This document shows, in pieces, positions 15,790-24,063 of a stretch of 32,000 nt of DNA. The notes beneath the pieces were generated by a model. It worked only from the letters and a program-made list of their open reading frames with translations. It was not told the DNA's origin and searched no databases. Source of the stretch: an uncultured Candidatus Saccharibacteria bacterium. Its GTDB lineage: Bacteria; Patescibacteriota; Minisyncoccia; JAHISW01; Tagabacteraceae. How positions within the stretch are numbered: the stretch's first letter is position 1; each line of letters begins with the position of its first letter. The position numbers and the translations under genes are program-made. The stretch covers positions 1 through 32,000 of the forward strand of contig CAZWRF010000002.1 in the NCBI GenBank assembly GCA_964636095.1. Reading direction: 5' to 3'.

Positions 15790-17217
15790 CTATTCAATCT
15801 CTGTCCATTTGATGGTTTTAAACTCGTCGTCTGAAAACGGCGTTAGCGGCGGCGGGTCAGTCATCAGTTTTCTGTCATAGGAGTTTTGCCTGTCCGCGTA
15901 CCCTCCCACGAAAGTACCGCCGGACGTCCATTTTGTACCGACTCTTTTGTTGCTCACCACCGAGCCGTGCATCTCCAGCGAAGTTTTCTTGCAGTCTGCC
16001 GGATAGTCTGAACACGTGTAATAGTTTCTGCCGAAGTTCCCTTTTTGGGCTATAAAAATTCCGTATAATTTCATTTGATTGGGAGAATAAAGCGGAATAA
16101 GTACGTTGTTTTCTCCTACCGCCAGAAGACCGTCCGATCCGTCCGAGTTGGCGTACGTTATGTTTCCGTTGAGAATAATATCGGTGTCCGTATTCGGGTC
16201 TACAAGGTTGGCGGAAATTACCGACAGCTTTCCTTTGACCGTGCCCTCTATCCATAAATTTGATTCGGCAAAAATCAAACTGCAGTCCTGTGGAGGTGTA
16301 TAATTTTGCAGAAAGTCCTCGCTTTTTATGACGTGATAATCCCAATGCCAGCCCCTATCCGTGTCGTATCCGTAAACTGCGTCTACGGATTTTACAAGAT
16401 AGACATCAAGAGTACCGTCATCCTTAAAGATTATGTGATATCCTTTGCCGTTTGAAGGCTTATCCAAAAATATGCTGTATTTTTTGGCCATTGTTTTCAT
16501 TTGGGCGAGGTCGAGAGATATTCCGTTGAAGTCTATCTGCTGTACGGGAAACTGCCAGAGGCTTTTATCTCCTCCGTCTCCGAATACGCCCGGTTTTACT
16601 TCATAGGGAGACGAGCACCCAAAAGAAGATGTGCAGTTCCAGGTCGGCTGGGCGCTTGTCACAAGAGAATCGCTTTGGCCGTCCATTCTTATTCCTCCGT
16701 TTGAATGGTATTTTCCCTGGATTACTCTGTCTGCTCCAGCCCAAACGCTGTCATTTATGATGTAGGCGTAATCTGCCACAGAAGGTCTGGAGTAACGTAT
16801 TTCTATCTGCCTTGTTACTTTAGGGTCTTCGTAGGTCCATCCTGTCGAGGTGATGTCTATGGCCGTAACAGAATGGCACTGCGTTACTCCGCTGACTTGC
16901 AGGCTGAATTTTCCAATTGCTCCTCCCTCGGGATCCGAGTACTCGTGTTCATAAGAACCGGATTCTCCCGTTCCATCCGTTAAGTCATCGGGATAGTGAG
17001 ACAAAAACCAGCGGTAGTAATTTATGCCTGCTTCCGATATTTGAAGCGCCCTTTCCTTTTCCGTTTTTACCTTTTGAAGATTGTGCTGGGTAAAGACAAA
17101 ACCGAAAGTTCCACCCAGAAGTATCATGAAAATCGCGCCGAAGACCAAAACGAGCAAAACAATAGAACCGTTATTTTTTAGATTTGATTTCTGAGATTTT
17201 ATTTTTTCAATATTCAT
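15790..17217 (-). CDS. Pilus-associated protein with PilX-N-like membrane anchor (475 aa)
   Basis: N-terminal NGSIVLLVLVFGAIFMILLGGTFGF anchor without a prepilin cleavage motif. Large Gly/Ser/Thr-rich extracellular part. Overlaps the upstream pilin gene by 11 nt. Confidence 0.65.
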   Translation of the reverse strand: MNIEKIKSQKSNLKNNGSIVLLVLVFGAIFMILLGGTFGFVFTQHNLQKVKTEKERALQISEAGINYYRWFLSHYPDDLTDGTGESGSYEHEYSDPEGGAIGKFSLQVSGVTQCHSVTAIDITSTGWTYEDPKVTRQIEIRYSRPSVADYAYIINDSVWAGADRVIQGKYHSNGGIRMDGQSDSLVTSAQPTWNCTSSFGCSSPYEVKPGVFGDGGDKSLWQFPVQQIDFNGISLDLAQMKTMAKKYSIFLDKPSNGKGYHIIFKDDGTLDVYLVKSVDAVYGYDTDRGWHWDYHVIKSEDFLQNYTPPQDCSLIFAESNLWIEGTVKGKLSVISANLVDPNTDTDIILNGNITYANSDGSDGLLAVGENNVLIPLYSPNQMKLYGIFIAQKGNFGRNYYTCSDYPADCKKTSLEMHGSVVSNKRVGTKWTSGGTFVGGYADRQNSYDRKLMTDPPPLTPFSDDEFKTIKWTEIE

Positions 17218-17785
17218 ATAAATTTCTTATTTGCGAGCTTGATCTTAAAGTAAACTCTTCTGGCGGTCTTGCCGGGTCTATGTTTACTATAATATTAACC
17301 TTTACCAGGCGTATGTCAGTGAGATTGCTAAGGTCGGTTACTTCGGTGCTTGAGGCATTGTAGTAGGTAAAAACATGCATATCTCCATTTCTAACATTGT
17401 CTGAGATTATATTTATATCTTCGTTTGCGTTGTTGTACTCCGGAGGGTCGCCAATAGCCTTTGTTACACCCTTTTTTAAATTATATCCGTCTAAAAAATA
17501 GCGGACTTTTTCTATATTTTTGTCCTTGTCAATGTCGCTGTAAAAACTGAAACTTTGCGGCGCGGAGCTTATTACAGGATACGCACCTGTGTCCGAATAA
17601 GTGGCTTCTCTTATTTCTCTCGTCATAATTTCCACTCCTTTTCTGGCGCTGTTTACGGCATAAGCTTGCTCAATGGTGTACGCATTACTTCTGTAGAGAT
17701 GTATTATAAAACCCGAAATAACTCCTATGGCCAATGCAAATATGGAAATGTAAACGAGTGTTTCTATAATAGTTAGGCCTTTCAT
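17207..17785 (-). CDS. Type IV pilin-like (minor pilin/pseudopilin) protein
   Basis: Prepilin-type N-terminus MKG/LTIIETLVYISIFALAIGV, with Glu at +5 after the Gly. Confidence 0.8.
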   Translation of the reverse strand: MKGLTIIETLVYISIFALAIGVISGFIIHLYRSNAYTIEQAYAVNSARKGVEIMTREIREATYSDTGAYPVISSAPQSFSFYSDIDKDKNIEKVRYFLDGYNLKKGVTKAIGDPPEYNNANEDINIISDNVRNGDMHVFTYYNASSTEVTDLSNLTDIRLVKVNIIVNIDPARPPEEFTLRSSSQIRNLYEY

Positions 17786-17794
17786 GTTTATAGT

Positions 17795-19546
17795 TTATAG
17801 TGGCGACAAAACAATGTTCATTTTTGTTTGTCCGCTGACGTTCACGTTGGACAAACTGAAATCTTGGTATCCAGCCTTTGTTGCTTCAATCGTGTAGTTT
17901 GCAGATGCGGAAAGTGGGGAGAAAAAAGTTTGGCCGCAGCTGTATGATGTTTCCAGCGTTTTGTCGTAACCAGTTTTTTGAAGTCTTACCAATACGCCCG
18001 GTACAAAATTTCCGCTGTTGTCTTCCACCGAAACCAAAAAGGTGTTGTTGGTGTGAGGAACCAAGACTATATCGGTTGTGGCATCGGTTCCTGGAGGTAA
18101 GCTAGCCGGTTGAAACGGGCATATCTCGGAAATGTCATAGCCTGTGGCGGCCCCATTCACCGTTATAAGATAATTATCCCACTCAAGCTCGGCAACATCA
18201 ATAACTCCTTCGCTGTCGGTTGTAAGATCTTCGGAATATTTGTAAATGGGGTTTGAGGATTCATCGGTTCCGGTTATTTTATCCCCTCTCATACTGAAAG
18301 ATAACGATGGCAGTGGAACTCGTCCCGATTCCCAGCTGACCTGCCAGTCGGAAAGAGCAGGCGTCTCGCTGGCGTCAATTGTTGAAAAATCCGCCTTTAG
18401 CCTTATTTCCGGATAGGTCGTTGAAGCCAAACTGGTTAGGTTCACGGGGGAAGTCTCAAATTCCGAGGAATTTCCCGGAAGGTCCGAGTCGGGAACAGCC
18501 TGCCAGCTTGATGAGTAAAAGTAAAGGACCTGGTATTTTATTGTAGTGCTGGCATCTTTTGAGTCGCTCCAGGAAAATTCCGTCCATTGATTCAGTTCCG
18601 AAGGAGTAATGGTTTTTGAAATAATATAGCCGGAAGAAGGATATCCTTCTTCCGGCGTTGATTTCAGAACTGCTTCTCCGCCGGTAATTTCGGTACTGGA
18701 GGTGGCTGAGATTTTACTTTCGTTTGAAAAAGAATCCGTCCATGTGTATGAATCGGCCGGAACGTAAGTTTTTATGGTATCGGATGATAAAAGATCTATT
18801 GAAAAACTTGCTTCGGCAGTTTCCCCCTCAATAATAGTGAGGTTTCCAGGTTGAGGATTGGGATTTTCCGGTGTGGCATCATATGTTTGCGTTGTGCTGT
18901 ATCCTGTTTTACTTACGGTAATTTTGTAGTTTGAGCCGGCTGGAGCACCCGGGAGAATAACTTTTCCGTTGAAGTTGGTTAAAATGAAGATGGAAACGGC
19001 GGGGTCAACGGAATCATTTTCAATCTCAACGATTGCTCCGGCTACGGGCAAGATAGAAGCGTCGAAAACATTTATTTTTAGAGTACCTCCTCCTGCTGTT
19101 GTTTCCATGCTTTTGGGTACAATATCGGAAACAAAAACAACTGATTCGGCGGTATTTTTGTTCTCCCAGCCTATTTCCACCCTTACTCTTTTGTAGTCTG
19201 CCGTAATACCGTTTTCGTCGTCATCACCCTCGCCGTCTGCGGGGTCGTCTATATATTGAATTAATGTGTCGCACGTATAGTCCACGCCGTTTAGATGCAT
19301 GATTTCCGATTGAGGAATGTTGCCGGTCGGAATACCGCCCAACGTACCCACGTCATCGTAGGGAAGGTTTTTTATGGATTCCATTTTATCGTTTGCCAAA
19401 GCGACTGCTCCGGCGCGAAGCCTGGATATCCCCGCCACATTAACGGCGACGCTGAAAGCGGCCGATATTCCTACAAAGACAATAAGCATTAGAGCTACGC
19501 CCACCAAAACGTCTATAAGGGAAAAACCGCTGTTTTTTTTAAACAT
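17795..19546 (-). CDS. Giant type IV pilin-like protein with two CarboxypepD_reg-like beta-sandwich domains
   Basis: Prepilin N-terminus MFKKNSG/FSLIDVLVGVALMLIVF. Ig-like segments (KINVFDASILPVAGAIVEI...YKITVSKTGY; FLVSVEDNSGNFVPGVLVRLQKTGY...YTIEATKAGY). I prefer ATG 19546, 1 nt after the pilC stop, over GTG 19558. Confidence 0.8.
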   Translation of the reverse strand: MFKKNSGFSLIDVLVGVALMLIVFVGISAAFSVAVNVAGISRLRAGAVALANDKMESIKNLPYDDVGTLGGIPTGNIPQSEIMHLNGVDYTCDTLIQYIDDPADGEGDDDENGITADYKRVRVEIGWENKNTAESVVFVSDIVPKSMETTAGGGTLKINVFDASILPVAGAIVEIENDSVDPAVSIFILTNFNGKVILPGAPAGSNYKITVSKTGYSTTQTYDATPENPNPQPGNLTIIEGETAEASFSIDLLSSDTIKTYVPADSYTWTDSFSNESKISATSSTEITGGEAVLKSTPEEGYPSSGYIISKTITPSELNQWTEFSWSDSKDASTTIKYQVLYFYSSSWQAVPDSDLPGNSSEFETSPVNLTSLASTTYPEIRLKADFSTIDASETPALSDWQVSWESGRVPLPSLSFSMRGDKITGTDESSNPIYKYSEDLTTDSEGVIDVAELEWDNYLITVNGAATGYDISEICPFQPASLPPGTDATTDIVLVPHTNNTFLVSVEDNSGNFVPGVLVRLQKTGYDKTLETSYSCGQTFFSPLSASANYTIEATKAGYQDFSLSNVNVSGQTKMNIVLSPL

Positions 19547-19547
19547 T

Positions 19548-20765
19548 TTAGATTCCACTCATTACGCTATACATCGGTGTTATCATTGATACCGCGAAAA
19601 AGCCCACAACTGTTCCTATCACTATCATGAGAATAGGTTCAATGATAACAGTAAGATTTTTTGTTGTCTCCGAAACTTCTCCTTCGTAGAAAAGAGCAAG
19701 CTTCAAAAGCATATCTGAAAGTTTCCCCGTTTCTTCTCCTACCGCTATCATTTCCCCCACCAGAGGCGGGTATATTTTTTCGTATTTTTTGAATACTGAT
19801 GATATTTTTTCTCCTTTTTTAATTTCTTCTTTTGCCTTTTGAAGGACTCTTTTGTAATGAAAATTCTGAACTACGTCGGTTGTTACGTCCATCGCTTCCA
19901 GTATTTCCACGCCGGAATTGGAAAGCGAAGATAGGGTTCTTGCTGTTCGGGCGGAGTTTATTTTCTGAACCAGAGCCGCTGTTATTGGTAGATGCATGAG
20001 TGCGGTGCCTAGTATTCTTTTGAATCTCTCCGTTCGCCAAACCGATATTAGGGAAAATATCAAAACAATAAAAATCACGATTACCAAAACAAAATTGTGC
20101 AGTATAAAATCGCTGGCTCCTATTATTATTTTTGTACCCAGCGGAAGATCAACCCCCAGCTCCGTAAAAGTGGCGGTAAGTGTGGGTACCACGTAAATCA
20201 GCATCAAAATTCCTATTCCTATCATTGCCATGAAGACGATGCAGGGATATATCATTGCTCCTCTGACTTTTTTTATGAGCTGATACTCTTTGTCCATTTG
20301 GTCGGCTACAAGATTTAGGGATTCGTCCATTTTTCCGCTTTTTTCGCCCGCTTCTACCATGGCTATGGCGAATTTTGGGAAAACTTTTTTATGAACGGCC
20401 ATGCTTGAGCTTATGCTATTTCCCTTAATTATGTTTGAGTGCACTTCCTCAATGACTTTTTGCAAGTTTTTATTTTTTGTTTGCCGTATAAGGACTTCCA
20501 TGGCTCTTGAAGTGGTTAGCCCGGCGTTTATCATTATAGACAGGTTTCTGAAAAAGAGCATTTTTTCGGAGAGTTTTATTCGGCCGATAAAACTATCAAG
20601 AAAGCCAAGCTTGGTTTTCAGCCCCTCTTTCTTCGCGTGGACAATAATGTAACCCTCTCTTTTAAGATCGGCGGCCAGGGCCAGTTCGTTTTCCGCTTCT
20701 CGTGTTTCTTCTATTTCTCCCCCGCTTCCGTCAATTTTTTGCGCTTTAAATTTATAAATAGGCAT
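19548..20765 (-). CDS. pilC: Type IV pilus platform protein PilC (GspF family)
   Basis: Two T2SSF repeats, three TM segments and typical motifs (GLTTSRAMEVL; GEETGKLSDML). Confidence 0.9.
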   Translation of the reverse strand: MPIYKFKAQKIDGSGGEIEETREAENELALAADLKREGYIIVHAKKEGLKTKLGFLDSFIGRIKLSEKMLFFRNLSIMINAGLTTSRAMEVLIRQTKNKNLQKVIEEVHSNIIKGNSISSSMAVHKKVFPKFAIAMVEAGEKSGKMDESLNLVADQMDKEYQLIKKVRGAMIYPCIVFMAMIGIGILMLIYVVPTLTATFTELGVDLPLGTKIIIGASDFILHNFVLVIVIFIVLIFSLISVWRTERFKRILGTALMHLPITAALVQKINSARTARTLSSLSNSGVEILEAMDVTTDVVQNFHYKRVLQKAKEEIKKGEKISSVFKKYEKIYPPLVGEMIAVGEETGKLSDMLLKLALFYEGEVSETTKNLTVIIEPILMIVIGTVVGFFAVSMITPMYSVMSGI

Positions 20766-20766
20766 A

Positions 20767-22521
20767 TTATTCCCTTGTTACCCTAAACACTTCTTCCAGC
20801 GAGGTGAGTCCCTGGGCGGCCTTGAGAATGCCATCTTCAAACATGGTTATCATTCCATCTTTTTTTGCCTGTTCCTCTATCCGGTCGGAAGTAGCGTTTC
20901 CTATTATGAGGTTTTTTATTGTTTCCGTCACCAAAAGAATTTCGTGTATCCCCACGCGCTCTTTGTATCCGTCCGGGCTTTCCGGAGACGGCTCCGGCTT
21001 GTAAAAATTGATATCTTTCCATTCCGTATCCGGTTTTATGATTTTTTCTTTTCTTAAAATCTGAAGCATTCTTTTAAGGTCTACTTCCTCTCCCAGCTCG
21101 GCCAGGTCGTCTTTTGAAAGCTTGTATGCTTTTTTGCTTGAGCACAACACACGGACAAGTCTTTGGGCTACGGCCACGTTTATGGTGGAAGCCAGAAGAA
21201 ACGGCTCTACCTTCATGTCCAAAAGACGCGGTATAGAGCCGGCGGCGGAATTTGTGTGAAGAGTGGACAAAACAAGATGGCCGGTTAGAGCCGCGTTAAC
21301 GGCCAAAGATGCCGTTTCGCTGTCTCTTATCTCGCCTACCATAATAACGTCCGGATCCTGCCTAACTAAAGACCTCAATCCTTTTGCAAAAGTAAAGCCT
21401 ATGTCCGTTTTTACTTGGGTTTGGTTTATTCTTGGCATTTGGTATTCTATAGGGTCTTCTATCGTGGAAATATTAACCTCAGGGGTGTTTATAATATCCA
21501 AAATGGTGTAGAGGGTTGTTGTTTTTCCGCAGCCCGTGGGACCTGTGGCAAGTATCATGCCGTGCGGTCTTCTTATAGCTTTTTGCATTGTCTCCACCTG
21601 CTCGCCGGTGAATCCTAAAGTTTCCAGGTTGAAACCTTTTGAGTCTTCTCGCAAAAGACGCAGTACGGCTTTTTCTCCGTTGTAAACAGGAAGAATGGAT
21701 ACTCGGAAAGAAACTTTTTCTTCAGGTGTCTCTATTTTAAATCTTCCATCTTGCGGAAGTCTTTTTTCGTCAAGCCTCAAATTGGAAAGTATTTTTATTC
21801 GCGCTATTACGGCATCGGAAATATTTTTGGGTAGATCCATTGCGTCGTGAAGAATACCGTCCACCCGGTAACGCACCAAAAGTTCTTTTTCCATGGGTTC
21901 TATGTGTATATCACTTGCTCTTTGAAGGATGGCATGCTGTACAAGAGTGTCCACTATGCGGACTACCGGAAGCTCCTCAGCCATTTTTTTCAACTCCTCT
22001 GCTTTTTTTTCTGTTTTTCCTCCTTCGGCGGCAAGTGTTTTTATGGAAACGGAATCCTTTTTTATGATGTCGCCAAATTCCGCTTCAAGGCTTTTATGGT
22101 ATTGTCGAAGCGCGTTTTTTATGGATTCTTCTGTTGTAAGTCTGGGCAAAATTCTTAGATTGGACCTCTTTTTTATAAAGTCAATGGTTTCAATATCGTT
22201 CGGGTCCAGCATGGCTACTTCCAAATTGTCGCCGTTTTTTCTGTAGGCGATTATGTTGTGAGACCTTGCCGTTGGTTCCGGGATAAAAGAAAGAATTTCA
22301 AAATCAATCTTCTCTTTTTCCAAATTTACGAAAGGAATACCCAAAATATAGGCTTCAAGCCTTCTAAGGTCTTCTACGGAAATTTTTCCTTCTTTTATCA
22401 AAAGATCTCCCAGATCTTGTTTTTTTTCAGCCGCTTCTTTACTTGCTTTTTCTATGTCTTCTGCCGGAACAAGGCCCGAATCCAAAAGAAAAGCTTTAAG
22501 TTGTTCTCGTTCTACGCTCAT
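20767..22521 (-). CDS. pilB: Type IV pilus assembly ATPase PilB (GspE family) with N-terminal GSPII_E_N/MshEN-like domain
   Basis: Walker A GPTGCGKTT, Asp box, Walker B DPDVIMVGEIRD, His box LSTLHTN. The N-terminal DLGDLLIKEGKISVEDL repeat is typical of the N1 domain. Confidence 0.9.
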   Translation of the reverse strand: MSVEREQLKAFLLDSGLVPAEDIEKASKEAAEKKQDLGDLLIKEGKISVEDLRRLEAYILGIPFVNLEKEKIDFEILSFIPEPTARSHNIIAYRKNGDNLEVAMLDPNDIETIDFIKKRSNLRILPRLTTEESIKNALRQYHKSLEAEFGDIIKKDSVSIKTLAAEGGKTEKKAEELKKMAEELPVVRIVDTLVQHAILQRASDIHIEPMEKELLVRYRVDGILHDAMDLPKNISDAVIARIKILSNLRLDEKRLPQDGRFKIETPEEKVSFRVSILPVYNGEKAVLRLLREDSKGFNLETLGFTGEQVETMQKAIRRPHGMILATGPTGCGKTTTLYTILDIINTPEVNISTIEDPIEYQMPRINQTQVKTDIGFTFAKGLRSLVRQDPDVIMVGEIRDSETASLAVNAALTGHLVLSTLHTNSAAGSIPRLLDMKVEPFLLASTINVAVAQRLVRVLCSSKKAYKLSKDDLAELGEEVDLKRMLQILRKEKIIKPDTEWKDINFYKPEPSPESPDGYKERVGIHEILLVTETIKNLIIGNATSDRIEEQAKKDGMITMFEDGILKAAQGLTSLEEVFRVTRE

Positions 22522-22536
22522 GTCAAAAAATTAAAA

Positions 22537-22908
22537 TTACTTGAGTATTTCGCCTATTTTCTCAACTATCTCCGTGGGCCTATAGTTTGTTTTTACAAGG
22601 TAGGCTCTTACTCCGTAAGACAGAGCTTTTTCAATGTCGTATTTTTCTTCAAGGTTGCTCAGTATAATAACGGGGACATCCCTCTTCTCTTCCATGGTTT
22701 TCATTTTTTCCAAAAAATCGTACCCGTCTTTTTTGGGTAAAATCAAATCCAGTAAAATCAAGTCGGGTTTTTTTTCTTCAAGAATTTTTAGTCCTATTTC
22801 TCCGTCGTAAGCATTAAAAATTTCATAGCCTGCTTTCTCAAGAAGAGGAGACAATATGTTGTGTAGGCGTTTTTCGTCTTCAACGAAAAGTATTTGTTTT
22901 TTTTTCAT
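22537..22908 (-). CDS. Single-domain (CheY-like) response regulator
   Basis: Receiver motifs FVEDE, DLILLDLILP (phospho-Asp), ILSN and LVK. No output domain. Confidence 0.85.
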   Translation of the reverse strand: MKKKQILFVEDEKRLHNILSPLLEKAGYEIFNAYDGEIGLKILEEKKPDLILLDLILPKKDGYDFLEKMKTMEEKRDVPVIILSNLEEKYDIEKALSYGVRAYLVKTNYRPTEIVEKIGEILK

Positions 22909-22919
22909 GTTATTGTCGG

Positions 22920-23882
22920 TTATTGTTTAATGGGCAAGGTAAACCAAAAAGTTGAGCCCTTGCCTTCTATGCTTGTAAAACCAACCTGTCCTCCGAGGGT
23001 TGTGATTACGGATTTTATGAGGTAAAGACCTATGCCCAGGCCGTCGCTTTTATATTTTTTTGATTCAGCACCGCGGAAAAATTTGTGAAAAATCATTTTT
23101 TTATCTTCTTCGGAAATTCCAACCCCTTCGTCAGTTATTGAAAATTTTATTTTCTTGTCTTTGTTGTCGAGGGACATATCTATTTTTCCTCCATTCGGGC
23201 TGTATCGAATTGAATTGTCTATGAGGTGGCTAATTACTGCAGTTACCTTATTTTTATCGGAGTAAATTGTTATCTCGTCGTCTGATGGAGAAAAAGTAAA
23301 CTCCAAGTTTAGGGAGGCCGCCTTATCTGCATACTTTGCCATGACATCTTTTACCAGAGAAACAAGAGGAAATTCCGTCTTCATTATTACCATCGAATCA
23401 TTTTCCATTCGACTTATCTCGAGCAAGTCGTTTACAATCATAATCATACGCTCGTTTTGATCGTTGATGGCAGAAAGAGATTGTTTCCCGGCTTCGCCCA
23501 TAGGACTTAAGTCTTTGTTCAAAAGAGAATCCATTTGCCATTTTATTGCTGAAAGAGGGTTTCTCAATTGGTGCGACATAATGCCGATGAATTCGGACTT
23601 GTCTTTTGATGTTTGAGCCACCTTTTCAAACGAACTTAAAATAATGTAAGACAAAATAAAAAGCACCGCTGTTACCACGCATACTATAAGAGCAACGACA
23701 AGTGGGTCAACATATGTGCGGCTTACAAAATAAGTAATTATTATTGATGCTATAATAATCCCCCCCATTATCGTAAAAATAACGGGCGGGCACTCCCACA
23801 TCCCCACCTTGTATTCACGACAGTATCTCCTGAAGCTAAAAAGCTCTAGAAATTGCTTGAGACTATTTTTTTTCTTCGGCAT
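22920..23882 (-). CDS. Membrane histidine kinase (2 TM, minimal extracytoplasmic loop)
   Basis: H-box IGIMSHQLRNPL, N-box DNSIRYS, G1 DEGVGI, G2 GLGIGL. The start is set at MPKKK (ATG 23882) rather than the track start at 24011. Confidence 0.85.
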   Translation of the reverse strand: MPKKKNSLKQFLELFSFRRYCREYKVGMWECPPVIFTIMGGIIIASIIITYFVSRTYVDPLVVALIVCVVTAVLFILSYIILSSFEKVAQTSKDKSEFIGIMSHQLRNPLSAIKWQMDSLLNKDLSPMGEAGKQSLSAINDQNERMIMIVNDLLEISRMENDSMVIMKTEFPLVSLVKDVMAKYADKAASLNLEFTFSPSDDEITIYSDKNKVTAVISHLIDNSIRYSPNGGKIDMSLDNKDKKIKFSITDEGVGISEEDKKMIFHKFFRGAESKKYKSDGLGIGLYLIKSVITTLGGQVGFTSIEGKGSTFWFTLPIKQ

Positions 23883-23888
23883 GTTTTT

Positions 23889-23897
23889 ATTATACCA
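23889..23897 (-). promoter_or_regulatory. Extended -10 promoter TGGTATAAT 6 nt upstream of the kinase ATG (leaderless-type)
   Basis: Minus strand reads TTTGGTATAATAAAAACATG. No SD. Confidence 0.5.
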
Positions 23898-23954
23898 AAT
23901 TTTGACAAAATATAATAAGTTTGTGAAAAAAATATGTGTAAAACTTTTTATGAT

Positions 23955-23983
23955 TTGACAAATTCTAAAAATAGATATATCCT
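23955..23983 (+). promoter_or_regulatory. Candidate nusA promoter
   Basis: TTGACA (23955-23960), 17 nt, TATCCT (23978-23983). Confidence 0.4.
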
Positions 23984-23992
23984 TAAACGTAG

Positions 23993-24021
23993 AGCCTTGT
24001 GGAGTCCCCACGGGCTTTTTT
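23993..24021 (+). terminator. Terminator-like hairpin plus U6 tract in the nusA leader (possible attenuator)
   Basis: AGCC-TT-GTGG-AGTCC-CCAC-G-GGCT followed by TTTTTT, 43 nt before the nusA ATG. Confidence 0.5.
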
Positions 24022-24063
24022 ACTGGAAACTTAATTTTGTAATTAGTAATCTAAAAATATATC

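Noticed and set aside
19547-19558. GTG start (MESKMFKK...) for the giant pilin.
   Set aside because: ATG 19546 gives the short leader MFKKNSG/F typical of prepilins and sits 1 nt after the pilC stop. The GTG start would overlap pilC and lengthen the leader atypically. It remains a possible alternative.
23883-24011. N-terminal extension of 43 aa on the histidine kinase (track start at 24011).
   Set aside because: The extension reads through the promoter/intergenic region and the nusA leader hairpin. MPKKK at 23882 is preceded by TGGTATAAT and gives a normal kinase N-terminus.
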